Position numbers and translations under genes: made by a program | The notes under the pieces: model-generated | What the model was told of the DNA's origin: nothing | Databases searched by the model: none | What the model saw: only the letters and a program-made list of their open reading frames with translations | Assembly: GCA_965248925.1 (NCBI GenBank) | Contig: CBDFLE010000006.1 | Span: 992,001-1,056,000 of the forward strand | Source: Candidatus Multivoradales bacterium | GTDB taxonomy: Bacteria > Acidobacteriota > Thermoanaerobaculia > Multivoradales > J023 | Length of the DNA stretch: 64,000 bases | Reading direction: 5' to 3' | Shown: piece by piece, positions 9,455 through 18,951 of the stretch | How the letters are laid out: each line of letters begins with the position of its first letter | How positions within the stretch are numbered: the stretch's first letter is position 1

Positions 9455-10435
9455 TTGAGCGACGAAAATATCTCAGTGCGCGACTTCATGCGGCGCAACT
9501 TTCGCCACTTCAACGCCCGCTCGGTGGTCGAGGCGGCCGACGCCTGGGTCGCTCAGCTGCGCCAGGGCAACCACATGTTTCTCACCCTGGCTGGGGCGAT
9601 GAGCACCGCCGAGATCGGCCTCCAGCTGGCCGAGATGATCCGCCGTGGCAAAGTCCACGGCATCTGCTGCACCGGCGCCAATCTCGAGGAAGACCTGTTC
9701 AACCTGGTCGCCCACGACCACTACCAGCGGATCGCCGATTGGCGTTCGCTGACCGCCGGGAATGAGGCCGAACTCGCCGAGCACGGCCTCAACCGGGTGA
9801 CCGACACCTGTATCCCTGAAGTCCAGGCGATGCGCAAGATCGAGCAGCTGATCGCCCTGCGGTGGCACGATGCCGAGGCCGCTGGCCAGCGCCACCTGCC
9901 GCACCAGTTCGTCTATCAGCTGCTACTCAGCGGCGACCTCGAGGAGGCTTACCAGATCGATCCCAACGACTGCTGGCTATTGGCGGCGGCGCAGCGGGAC
10001 CTGCCCCTCTTCGTCCCCGGCTGGGAGGATTCGACCCTCGGCAACATGTTCGTCGCCCGCCATCTGAGCGGCGAGATCGCCAATCTCGACACCGTCAAAG
10101 GGGGCTTGCACTACATGCAGGAATTGGTCGATTGGTACCGCCGCGAGACGGCGGAGCGATGTCTCGGGTTTTTCCAAATCGGTGGCGGAATCGCCGGCGA
10201 TTTCCCAATCTGCGTGGTGCCGCTGATCCAACAGGATCTGGACCAGGAGATTGGCTTGTGGTCCTACTTCTGCCAGGTCAGCGACAGCACCACCTCCTAC
10301 GGCTCCTACAGTGGCGCGGTGCCGAACGAGAAGATCAGCTGGGGCAAACTGGCGCCGGAGACGCCGAAGTTCATCATCGAGAGCGACGCTTCGATCGTCG
10401 CGCCGCTGGTCTTCGCCTGGGTCCTGGCAAGCTAG
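9455..10435 (+). CDS. Deoxyhypusine synthase-like protein (bacterial, probably polyamine/homospermidine biosynthesis)
   Basis: LAGAMSTAE, TGANLEED, QIGGGIAGDFPIC, YSGAVPNEKISWGK with the catalytic Lys; TTG start after GAGGAG. Confidence 0.9.
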   Translation: MSDENISVRDFMRRNFRHFNARSVVEAADAWVAQLRQGNHMFLTLAGAMSTAEIGLQLAEMIRRGKVHGICCTGANLEEDLFNLVAHDHYQRIADWRSLTAGNEAELAEHGLNRVTDTCIPEVQAMRKIEQLIALRWHDAEAAGQRHLPHQFVYQLLLSGDLEEAYQIDPNDCWLLAAAQRDLPLFVPGWEDSTLGNMFVARHLSGEIANLDTVKGGLHYMQELVDWYRRETAERCLGFFQIGGGIAGDFPICVVPLIQQDLDQEIGLWSYFCQVSDSTTSYGSYSGAVPNEKISWGKLAPETPKFIIESDASIVAPLVFAWVLAS

Positions 10436-10510
10436 CCGCGACGGTCGACTAGAACGTGGTGTGTTAAAACAGGGACCGCCACTCTTTGACCCAACTCTGG
10501 AGGACCGCCC

Positions 10511-11896
10511 ATGGCCCGCTTCCGCGTCCCGCACACGCTCGTCCTGCTCTTCGCCATGATCGTCTTGGCCCTGCTGATGTCCTACATCCTGCCCCAGGGC
10601 GAGTTCGAGCGCTTCGAGAACGCCAACGGTCGGCAGCAGGTCAAGGCGGGCACCTACACCATGCTCGAGGACGTCGAGCGAGTCTCGCCGCTGGCCATCT
10701 TCACCGCCATTCCTCGGGGCTTCGAAGCGGCGGCGGAGATCATCTTCTTCGTCTTCATCGCCGGTGGCATGTTCGCCGTGCTGCGCAAAACCGGCACCGT
10801 CGACGCGCTGATTGGCCTCTTGCTCGACAAACTGGGCGGCGCCCCACAGCTGCTGATCGGCGGCGGCATCTTCGTCTTCGCCGTCGGCTCAAGCACCATC
10901 GGCATGGCCGAGGAGTACATCCCCTTCGTGCCGGTGCTGCTCGCCCTATGCTTCGGCCTGGGCTTCGACGCGGTGACCGCCATCGGCATCCTCTGCGTTG
11001 GCTACGGGGTGGGCTATGGCACCGCGCTGATCAACCCTTTCACCGTGCTGATCGCCCAGGACGTCGCCGAGCTGCAGCCGACCTCGGGACTGGGTTATCG
11101 CGCGCTGCTGTTCTTCGTCTTCGTGGCACTCGGCACGCACCACGTCTGGTCCTACGCCAAGCGAGTGCGCAAAGACCCGGCGGCGAGCCTGGTGGCCGAC
11201 ATTGAGCCCGACCCGAGCCTCAAGGCCGCCGAGCGGGTACCGATGACCAGCAGCCATTGGCTGATCCTGGCCATTCTGCTGGCGACCATCGGTCTGATCG
11301 TCTGGGGCCTCAGTCAGTGGTCGGGATGGCATTGGTACGTCCACGAAATGGGCGCTGTCTTTCTAGGTTTGTCCGTGGTGTTGGCGCTGGTCGGCCGGCT
11401 GAGTCCAGACTCCGCCGCCAAATCGTTCTGTGCCGGCGCTGCCGAACTCACCACCACGGCGTTGCTGATCGGTTTTGCCCGCTCGATTCTGATCATCCTC
11501 GAAGACGGCAGGGTGATCGACACTTTGGTGCACGGTATCTCGCTGCCCTTGACCCACGCCGGTCCGATGCTGGCGGCGGGCGGCATGCTGGCCTTCCAGA
11601 GCCTGTGCAACCTCTTCATCCCCTCCGGCTCGGGCCAGGCCTACGTCACCATGCCGATCATGGCGCCGCTCGGCGACTTGGTTGGAGTGCAACGGCAGGT
11701 GGCGGTGCTGGCCTACCAATTCGGCGACGGCTTGACCAACATCCTGGTGCCCACCAACGCGGTGTTGATCGGCATCCTGACCATGGCCCGGATCCCTTAC
11801 GACCGCTGGTTACGCTTCATCCTGCCGTTCATGTTCAAGGCCTGGGCCTTGGCCGCCGTGGCCTTGGCGGTGGCGGTCTGGTTCGGTTACAACTAG
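10511..11896 (+). CDS. YfcC/ArcD-like ion-transporter-superfamily membrane transporter
   Basis: [10 protein letters not shown]-terminus, [26 protein letters not shown] motifs; many TM helices. Confidence 0.85.
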   Translation: MARFRVPHTLVLLFAMIVLALLMSYILPQGEFERFENANGRQQVKAGTYTMLEDVERVSPLAIFTAIPRGFEAAAEIIFFVFIAGGMFAVLRKTGTVDALIGLLLDKLGGAPQLLIGGGIFVFAVGSSTIGMAEEYIPFVPVLLALCFGLGFDAVTAIGILCVGYGVGYGTALINPFTVLIAQDVAELQPTSGLGYRALLFFVFVALGTHHVWSYAKRVRKDPAASLVADIEPDPSLKAAERVPMTSSHWLILAILLATIGLIVWGLSQWSGWHWYVHEMGAVFLGLSVVLALVGRLSPDSAAKSFCAGAAELTTTALLIGFARSILIILEDGRVIDTLVHGISLPLTHAGPMLAAGGMLAFQSLCNLFIPSGSGQAYVTMPIMAPLGDLVGVQRQVAVLAYQFGDGLTNILVPTNAVLIGILTMARIPYDRWLRFILPFMFKAWALAAVALAVAVWFGYN

Positions 11897-11934
11897 AATT
11901 CGTCCTTCCACTACTTGTTCGAGGATCTCTTTCT

Positions 11935-14592
11935 ATGCCCTCAGGCCTTGCCCGTTTCTTATCGCCATCGCCCGGTGTGTTCCGCCTCTCCACCAAGACC
12001 GTGGGCAGTCTGCTGCTGGCCGCCACCCTGCTGCTGGCGGGTTGTGGCGACTCGGGGGAGCCACCGGCCTTCAAAATCTTGCTCGAGCACTCGGGGGTCT
12101 ATGCGGTCAGCTGGGATCAGCTGAGCCTCGCCGGCCTCGGCCAACGGCGCCCCGACTCCGCGAACCTCGGCGTCACCCACCTCGGCGAACCGCTGCCGAT
12201 TTGGTTGGTCGACGGCGGCGATGGCCACTTCGACCCCGGCGACCATTTCGAGTTCATCGGCCAAGCTCGCCCCGGAGACAGGTCCTATTTCAGCGAACAT
12301 GATCCCTGGAATGCCTACCGCCTGAGCTTCGATGGCAGCGCCGTCGAGCGCTTGCAAGACGGCTCCACCACCGCCGGCAGCTCTAGCCCAGCTGCTTCGG
12401 CAAGCGGTTTCTTCAGTGTTCGGGAGCACCTTGAACGTGATCGTCTGATGCTGCGCTTCGCCCGCGACCGCACGGGCACCTCACCCGAGCCCTGGTACTG
12501 GGCCAAGCTGACTCAGATCGACCACCATCCCTTCAAGCAGCTGCTCGACCTCTCGACCTTGGATCGCCAATCGCCACGGCCCTTGTCCCTGCGCATTGAG
12601 CTGCGCGGTTGGTCGAAGCAGCCGCGCAAGCCGGCCGGCGCTGCGGCCGATCATCGCGTCGAAGTGCTGTTTAACCAAGAGTTGATCGGCGCTGGTGAGT
12701 GGGATGGCCAAGAGGCCTTCGTCATCGACATTCCGCAAGTGCCCCGCAAGCTCCTGCGGCGGCGCGCTGAGCAAGCTCTGAAGCTGCGAATACCGCAACG
12801 CAAGGCTGGAGACAAGGACGAGTTCCTGGTCGATGTGGTGATGCTGAACTGGATCGAGATCGAATTTCCGCGCACGGATCAACTGAGCGAAGTCCAGGAG
12901 CGTCTGTTCCTCGACGGCGCCGATCTCGCAACTCCCCTGCGCCTCGAATCCAACGCTCCACCGGTGCTCTACAGCGACCGCTTCCGGATCGAAATCGACC
13001 CGGCGGCGGACGGCACTTTCTTGCCTCCCGCCGAAAATGCACGGCTCTACGCCGTACCCACCGGTACCCTGTTGACCGCGGACAGGGTGCTGATCGACAC
13101 CCCTTCCTCGCTGCGCGACGACCAGCTCCAAGCCGACTATTTGATGATCGCCCATCGCAGTCTGAAGCAAGAGATCGAGCCCCTCGCCAAGCTCCACCGC
13201 GAGCGCGGCTTGGCGGTCACGGTGATCGACGCGGAGGACATCTACGACGAGTTCTCCCACGGCCTGGTCGAGCCGCGGGCCATCCGTGACTTTATCGACC
13301 ACGCCTACCATCACTGGCAAGCGCCGCGGCCACGCTTCGTGCTACTGGTGGGCGACGCCAGTTGGGATACTCGCAACGAGGACAATCTGGACCGCAACTA
13401 CGCCGATTGGACCTACCGCGGTGGCGAAGTGCGGCGCTTCTGGAAGAACGACAGCACCGCCTATGCCGACGACAGCGGCGCTAGCCGCAACCTGATTCCA
13501 ACCTGGCACTACCAGTCCCACGAGGGCCACGCCGCCAGCGACAACTTCTTTGTCAATGTCGCCGCCCGCTTGGAGGGCGACGCCGACGCAGTGAAGAACT
13601 TCCACCCCGAGCTGGCGATCGGTCGCTTGCCGGTGACCGAGCCGGCGGAAGTCGCCCAGATCGTCGCCAAGATCAAGCGCTACGTCGAGACTCCCCAGGT
13701 TGGCGAATGGAAACGGCGGGTGCTGTGGATCACCAACGAGAACCGCATCTACCAAAAGCAAGACGACAATCTGGCCAATAAACTAGGGGCCCATGGCTAC
13801 GCCGCGGCCAAGATCTACCCCAAACCGCAAGAGAAAGACAACGTCCACCACCAGCAAGCACTGCTCGACGCCTTCGACGAGGGCAACCTCCTGGTCCACT
13901 TCATCGGCCACGGCGGCCGCTACATCTGGCGCACCGGGCCGCCCGATGTGCGCAAGAACCACGACCTCTTCACCCTCGATCACCTCGATCAACTACAGCC
14001 CCACGACCGGCTGCCGGTGGTGCTCAGCCTGACCTGCTACTCGGCCCCCTTCGACCACCCATCGGCCGATTCAATCGGCGAGAAGTTCCTGCGCCTGCCA
14101 GATCGCGGCGCCATCGCGGTGTTCGCCGCCTCCTGGCGCAACAATCCAACTTCGTGGTTTGGCGAGACCTTGACCCATGAACTCACCGACCGCCAAGTCG
14201 CTACCGTCGGCGAAGCGATCCGCCGTGCCAAACGGCAAATCCGCAACGCCGACCTAGTCGAGACCTACAACTTGCTGGGCGACCCGGCCTTGCCCCTGGC
14301 ACGACCTCAGCTGGATCTGGAGTTGGCCCTAGAGGCCGACCGGCAGGTGCTGAAGGTGCGGCTACCAACCAAGAAATTCAACGGCCAGGCGATCGTCGAC
14401 TGGCACGGCTACAGCGGTGAATTAATCAACAGCGACCAGATCGAGGTGCGCGGCGACACCTTCGAGGCGCCGTGTCCGGCAAACTGCGGCGAACCAGGTG
14501 GCACGGTGCGGATCTATGCTTGGGACCCGCGGCAACAGCTCGACGCGGTCGGCGGAATGCGCTTCAAAGGCTCGCCGAACAAGCCCTCTTGA
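11935..14592 (+). CDS. C25 (gingipain/PorU-like) cysteine peptidase, probable lipoprotein
   Basis: Lipobox LLLAGC; DYLMIAH, IYDEFSHG, FVLLVGDA, IGRLPV, HFIGHGG (His ~13909), SLTCY (Cys ~14035), YNLLGDPAL. The ORF-track start (11257) overlaps the transporter, so the true start is probably 11935 or 12001. Confidence 0.88.
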   Translation: MPSGLARFLSPSPGVFRLSTKTVGSLLLAATLLLAGCGDSGEPPAFKILLEHSGVYAVSWDQLSLAGLGQRRPDSANLGVTHLGEPLPIWLVDGGDGHFDPGDHFEFIGQARPGDRSYFSEHDPWNAYRLSFDGSAVERLQDGSTTAGSSSPAASASGFFSVREHLERDRLMLRFARDRTGTSPEPWYWAKLTQIDHHPFKQLLDLSTLDRQSPRPLSLRIELRGWSKQPRKPAGAAADHRVEVLFNQELIGAGEWDGQEAFVIDIPQVPRKLLRRRAEQALKLRIPQRKAGDKDEFLVDVVMLNWIEIEFPRTDQLSEVQERLFLDGADLATPLRLESNAPPVLYSDRFRIEIDPAADGTFLPPAENARLYAVPTGTLLTADRVLIDTPSSLRDDQLQADYLMIAHRSLKQEIEPLAKLHRERGLAVTVIDAEDIYDEFSHGLVEPRAIRDFIDHAYHHWQAPRPRFVLLVGDASWDTRNEDNLDRNYADWTYRGGEVRRFWKNDSTAYADDSGASRNLIPTWHYQSHEGHAASDNFFVNVAARLEGDADAVKNFHPELAIGRLPVTEPAEVAQIVAKIKRYVETPQVGEWKRRVLWITNENRIYQKQDDNLANKLGAHGYAAAKIYPKPQEKDNVHHQQALLDAFDEGNLLVHFIGHGGRYIWRTGPPDVRKNHDLFTLDHLDQLQPHDRLPVVLSLTCYSAPFDHPSADSIGEKFLRLPDRGAIAVFAASWRNNPTSWFGETLTHELTDRQVATVGEAIRRAKRQIRNADLVETYNLLGDPALPLARPQLDLELALEADRQVLKVRLPTKKFNGQAIVDWHGYSGELINSDQIEVRGDTFEAPCPANCGEPGGTVRIYAWDPRQQLDAVGGMRFKGSPNKPS

Positions 14593-14597
14593 GCTGC

Positions 14598-14627
14598 TTG
14601 CAGGCCCAGTTTGATCCATGGTATTCT
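14598..14627 (+). promoter_or_regulatory. Possible sigma70-type promoter for the P-domain PVEL gene
   Basis: ttgcag-18 nt-tattct with an extended TG in an AT-rich patch after the C25 stop. Confidence 0.35.
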
Positions 14628-14777
14628 TCCTCTACTAATTAAAGACTAGCGGAACTTGAGGGAGATCCAAGGCCCGCTCGACACTCTCCCCGTGCCTTGC
14701 CGGCGGAGAAAGTCAACCCAACCCCAACGCCCCTCTGCGGTCTCACTTTCAGACCAGCGGATCGGAGGAATTCTGGA

Positions 14778-15401
14778 ATGTTGAAGATTGCACGCTTTGC
14801 CTTGATCGCCGCCGCCCTCTGCCTGGTGGTCGGCAGCGCCTGGAGCACCGGCAGCGTCACCACCGGCGATGCCGCGGTGCCAATCCCTGACAACTCCGCC
14901 GGCACTTTCGCCTGCCAATCGCTGATGGTGGCTGCCGACGGGGTCAACGGTGACAACATCACCGATCTGACGGTGACCATCGGTGTGGATCACTCCTGGG
15001 TTGGCGACACCACCCTACAGCTGACCGGCCCGAATTGTGGCCCACTCAACGTTTACGCCCGCCCGGGCGCCGCGGCCGGCGTCGGCGCCGGCGATTCGAG
15101 CGATCTCTGCGCGGCGACGCCGCTCGGCTTCAACGATGGCAACGCGACGGATGCCGAAACCATGGGCGCCCCCGAAGCTGGCGGGTCCTGCGTCGGCACT
15201 TCCGGTCCGCTGGCGTATTTCTCCAACGGTGACGAGGTGGGTGGTGCGATGACCCTGACCGGCTGTGTTGGCACGGATGCGGTGGGCTCCTGGATGCTGT
15301 GCATCGACGACGCCGGGGGTGGCGACACCGGCACTCTGCAGACCTGGACCCTCGACGTGACCACCGATCCGGTGGAGCTGATCGAGTTCAGCGTCGACTG
15401 A
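14778..15401 (+). CDS. Secreted proprotein-convertase P-domain protein with C-terminal PVELIEFSVD tail
   Basis: GGAGG RBS; signal peptide; IPDN...ITDLTVTIGVDHSWVGD...GSWMLCIDD...DTGTLQTWTL P-domain motifs; ends TDPVELIEFSVD-stop. Confidence 0.85.
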   Translation: MLKIARFALIAAALCLVVGSAWSTGSVTTGDAAVPIPDNSAGTFACQSLMVAADGVNGDNITDLTVTIGVDHSWVGDTTLQLTGPNCGPLNVYARPGAAAGVGAGDSSDLCAATPLGFNDGNATDAETMGAPEAGGSCVGTSGPLAYFSNGDEVGGAMTLTGCVGTDAVGSWMLCIDDAGGGDTGTLQTWTLDVTTDPVELIEFSVD

Positions 15402-15428
15402 GCCGAACTCTGATAGAGCATTGAGAGG

Positions 15429-15461
15429 GAGCCGCTTCTCCGGAGGCGGCTCTTGTTGTTT
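15429..15461 (+). terminator. Intrinsic terminator
   Basis: gagccgcttc-tccg-gaggcggctc hairpin followed by ttgttgttt. Confidence 0.7.
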
Positions 15462-15498
15462 ATGCCGCCTGAGACTTGCTTCGACGGGTGGAGCCTGG

Positions 15499-17262
15499 AT
15501 GCCCAAGCACCAACATCTTGCCTACCTGACCGCGTTGCTGAACTTGGTCATCGCTGTCGCCTGCGGCTCGCCGGCCAACGAGTTCAGCGGCGCCGACTCT
15601 GGCACAGCGGTCAGCAGCCGCCCACCAATGGTCGACCGTGCATTGGAGCTGGGGCTCGACTTCACCCATTGGAACGGCATGATCGGCGAGCTCTACCCGG
15701 TCGAAGCGCTGGGCTCCGGCGCCGCATTGTTCGACTACGATGGCGATGGCGACCTCGACATCTACCTGGTCCAAGGAAACCTGCTCGGCCCCGAGGCCGA
15801 TCCCAAGCTGGCCGTCCTGCCGCCGCCAGGAGAGCTACCGCTCGGCGATCGGCTGTTCCGCAACGAGCTGGCCGAGAGCGGTGCGCTGCGCTTCACCGAG
15901 GTCACCGAAGAGGCCGGCCTCGAGGCCACCGGCTACGGCATGGGAGTGGCGGTGGGCGATGTCGATGGCGATGGCCACCTAGACCTCTACCTGACCAACC
16001 TCGGCGCCGACCAGCTGTGGCACAATCGCGGCGACGGCAGCTTCGAAGACTGGACATTGCACTCACGGGTCGCGGTAGACGGCTTGTCGACCGCTGCCAG
16101 CCTCTTCGACATGGAGGGCGACGGTGACCTTGATCTCTACGTCGGGCGCTACATCGACTGGAGCTACGCCCTGCATCAGCTGTGCTTCCAGCCGAGCTCG
16201 GCTCTCGACTACTGCGGCCCGGAGAGCTTCCGCGCCGCTGCCGACCTGCTGTGGCGAAACCGTGGCAACGGCATCTTTGAAGACTGGACCGCCGAGGCCG
16301 GCTTGCAGACCGCCTATGGCAAGGCCCTGGCGGTGAGCGCCGGCGACTTCGATGGCGACCACCACCCCGACCTCATGGTGGCCAACGACGCGATGGAGAA
16401 CCAGCTGTGGATCGGCCGCGGCGACGCCACCTTTGCCGATCAGGGGGTTGAACGCGGTATTGCCCACAACGGCGCCGCCGAGCGGGAAGCTTCGATGGGC
16501 ATTGCGATCGGCGATGTCGACGGCGACGGCGATCAAGATGTGCTGCTAGCCCATTTGAGCACCGAGACCAACACCCTCTACTCCAACGACGGCAGCGGCT
16601 ACTTCCAAGACACTACCCGCTCGGCCGGGTTGGCGGCACCGAGCTTGCCCTTCACCTCTTTCGGCACCGCCTTCTTCGACCTCGACAACGACGGCTGGCT
16701 CGACCTCTTCACGGTCAGCGGCGCGGTGCGTATCGACCCCACCCAGCAGCAGGCCGGCGCGATCTATCCCCTGGCTCAGACCAATCAGCTGTTTCACAAC
16801 GTCGGCGACGGCCGCTTCGAAGATTGGACCGCCACCGCCGGGGAAGTCTGGCGCCTGGCCGAGGTCAGCCGCGGCGCCGCCATCGGCGATCTCGACAACG
16901 ACGGCGACAGTGACATTCTGCTGGTCAACAGCAACGGTCCAGCACGGCTGCTGATCAACCAAATCGGCCAGGATCGGCCGTGGCTCGGTCTGCGCTTGGT
17001 CGATCGCTCCGGCGGCGACGCTCTAGGAGCCCGTGCCGAGGTGCATCGCCAAGGCGTGGCGCCCTTGGTCCGGGTGGTGCGAACCGATGGCAGCTACCTC
17101 TCCGCCAGTGACCCCCGGCTGCTGTTCGGCCTGGGCGACCAACCGGTGATCGATCGCTTGCGGGTCGTCTGGGCGGACGGGCAAGCTGAGACTTTTCCAC
17201 CGCCTTCAATCGGCCGCTATCACCAGTTGCAGCGTGGACAGGGGGCCACCTCCAAGGATTGA
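15499..17262 (+). CDS. CRTAC1 family protein (FG-GAP + ASPIC/UnbV), probable lipoprotein
   Basis: VIAVAC lipobox; FG-GAP repeats; DALGARA...SYLSASDPRLLFGLG; paralogous to 2016-3800. Confidence 0.9.
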   Translation: MPKHQHLAYLTALLNLVIAVACGSPANEFSGADSGTAVSSRPPMVDRALELGLDFTHWNGMIGELYPVEALGSGAALFDYDGDGDLDIYLVQGNLLGPEADPKLAVLPPPGELPLGDRLFRNELAESGALRFTEVTEEAGLEATGYGMGVAVGDVDGDGHLDLYLTNLGADQLWHNRGDGSFEDWTLHSRVAVDGLSTAASLFDMEGDGDLDLYVGRYIDWSYALHQLCFQPSSALDYCGPESFRAAADLLWRNRGNGIFEDWTAEAGLQTAYGKALAVSAGDFDGDHHPDLMVANDAMENQLWIGRGDATFADQGVERGIAHNGAAEREASMGIAIGDVDGDGDQDVLLAHLSTETNTLYSNDGSGYFQDTTRSAGLAAPSLPFTSFGTAFFDLDNDGWLDLFTVSGAVRIDPTQQQAGAIYPLAQTNQLFHNVGDGRFEDWTATAGEVWRLAEVSRGAAIGDLDNDGDSDILLVNSNGPARLLINQIGQDRPWLGLRLVDRSGGDALGARAEVHRQGVAPLVRVVRTDGSYLSASDPRLLFGLGDQPVIDRLRVVWADGQAETFPPPSIGRYHQLQRGQGATSKD

Positions 17263-17343
17263 AGCTCGGCTCGGCACCGACCTCGACCCCCAACCATCTG
17301 GTGTAGGATGAGTTGTCTTCAATGACCGCTCTGATCCCATTCC

Positions 17344-18945
17344 ATGACCGTTCCTCCTTCAGGCTGCTCGCGCTGGACCCCCTTGTTGGCGGCGCTGTGC
17401 TTGGCCCTGTGTTCCGCCTGCGATAAACCCCCTTCCACGACACGGGATCCGCCGCCCAGCTTGGCCGAGATCCCCTGGCCCGACCTCGATCAGCTGGCCC
17501 CCGAAATAGCCGCCCAACTGCGCCAACAACGCCTGACCTTGGAGGCCCTGCAACAGCAATCCACCGGCCGCAGCGCAGAGCTAGGCCAGGCATACGGTGC
17601 CGCCGGCCGGCTCTTCCACGCTTACCAGTTGCACACCGCGGCCGAGGGTTGCTACCAGTACGCCCGCGCCCTGCAACCCGAAATGGCCGAGTGGCGCTAC
17701 TACTTGGGTCGCTTGCACGCCACCTTGGGGAATTCATCGGCGGCGGCTACCGAATTCGAGGCTTTTCTCAAACTCAGGCCTGACGACCGACCTGCCCGCC
17801 TGGCCCTAGGACAGGCGCTGGCCGAAATGGGGGACACGGCGGGTGCTCGCGCCGCGTTCGCAAAGCTGTTGGCCGAGGAAGAGGGTGCCGTCGCTCATTT
17901 CGAACTCGGCCAGCTTGACGCCGAGGGCAGCGATTTCGCCGCCGCCGCGAACCACTTCGAACGCGCCCTCGCCTTGCAACCTTCCGCCAGCCGGCTCCAC
18001 CTGCCTCTAGCGCGAGCTTACCGCCAGCTAGGAAGAGAGGATGATGCCGAGCACCACCTGGCCCAACGCGGTAACGGTCCGCTACAAATCGAAGATCCGC
18101 TGATCGAGCAGCTCGGTCAGCTGGCCACCGGCTTTCGCTCGTTCGCCAATCGGGGCGTGACCGCCTTTCGCCAGCGCGACTACCGCGCCGCCACCGCGGC
18201 CTTTGCCAAAGCCGTCGAACTCGAACCCGACAACGCCAACGCGCGGCAGAACCTGGCTTCGGCGTTGCTGCTCAGCGGCCAGCCGGAGCCGGCCGAGCAT
18301 CACTACCGCGAAGCCATCCGACTGCAACCCGACCTCGCCCAGGCGCATTTCAACCTAGGTACGTTGCTAGCCGGCAAGGGCGACCGCGCAGCGGCCATCG
18401 AACAGCTACTTCAAGCTGTCGAGCTAGTGCCTTCGTATCGCGACGCTCACTTCAACCTCGCCAAGCAGCTGCTCGACAGCCGCCGCTGGGACGACTCTCA
18501 TCTACACTTCGAGAGGGTCTTGGAACTCGATCCGGGCAACGCCGGGGCCTACCTCGGTACTAGCCGCAGCCTAGCCGGCAGAGGCCGCTGGGCGGAAGCC
18601 CTGCGCCGGCTCGAGAAAGGGCGCCAGACGCTAGCCGAAGATCCGCGAATCCTCATCTCCCAGACCCGACTGCTGGCCGCGGCCCCCGACCCGTTGGTGC
18701 GTGATGGCGATCGTGCGCTGGCTCTTGCCGAGGGCTTGTTGCGACGGCAGCGCACCGTGCCCCATCTGGTAATCCACGCCATGGCATTGGCCGAGCTGGG
18801 CCGCTTCGAAGAAGCCGCCGCCCAACAGCTTGCGGCGATCGAGCTGGCAGGCGCCACCGGTGCAGTGCCCGAGCATTTGCCACTCAGTCTCGACCTCTAC
18901 CTGGCGGACAGGCCCTGCCGCGAGCCCTGGCCCGGCATCGGCTAA
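17344..18945 (+). CDS. TPR-repeat lipoprotein
   Basis: LCSAC lipobox; many TPRs (AHFNLG, AVELEPDN); C-terminal RDGDRALALA motif. Confidence 0.85.
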   Translation: MTVPPSGCSRWTPLLAALCLALCSACDKPPSTTRDPPPSLAEIPWPDLDQLAPEIAAQLRQQRLTLEALQQQSTGRSAELGQAYGAAGRLFHAYQLHTAAEGCYQYARALQPEMAEWRYYLGRLHATLGNSSAAATEFEAFLKLRPDDRPARLALGQALAEMGDTAGARAAFAKLLAEEEGAVAHFELGQLDAEGSDFAAAANHFERALALQPSASRLHLPLARAYRQLGREDDAEHHLAQRGNGPLQIEDPLIEQLGQLATGFRSFANRGVTAFRQRDYRAATAAFAKAVELEPDNANARQNLASALLLSGQPEPAEHHYREAIRLQPDLAQAHFNLGTLLAGKGDRAAAIEQLLQAVELVPSYRDAHFNLAKQLLDSRRWDDSHLHFERVLELDPGNAGAYLGTSRSLAGRGRWAEALRRLEKGRQTLAEDPRILISQTRLLAAAPDPLVRDGDRALALAEGLLRRQRTVPHLVIHAMALAELGRFEEAAAQQLAAIELAGATGAVPEHLPLSLDLYLADRPCREPWPGIG

Positions 18946-18951
18946 CCGGGC

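Noticed and set aside
11257-11934. N-terminal extension of the C25 ORF
   Set aside because: It overlaps the YfcC-like gene in another frame; the lipoprotein signal begins after 11935.
14630-14777. Riboswitch in the leader of the P-domain PVEL gene
   Set aside because: No recognisable aptamer consensus by eye; an Rfam/Infernal search would be needed.
11935-15401. Canonical type IX secretion locus
   Set aside because: No T9SS CTD on the C25 or the cargo, and no por/gld/spr genes in the window; the similarity is limited to the C25 family and the PVEL-Ig motif.
2016-17262. Repetitive gacNNcgacggc DNA motifs as non-coding repeats
   Set aside because: Explained by FG-GAP DxDxDG coding repeats.
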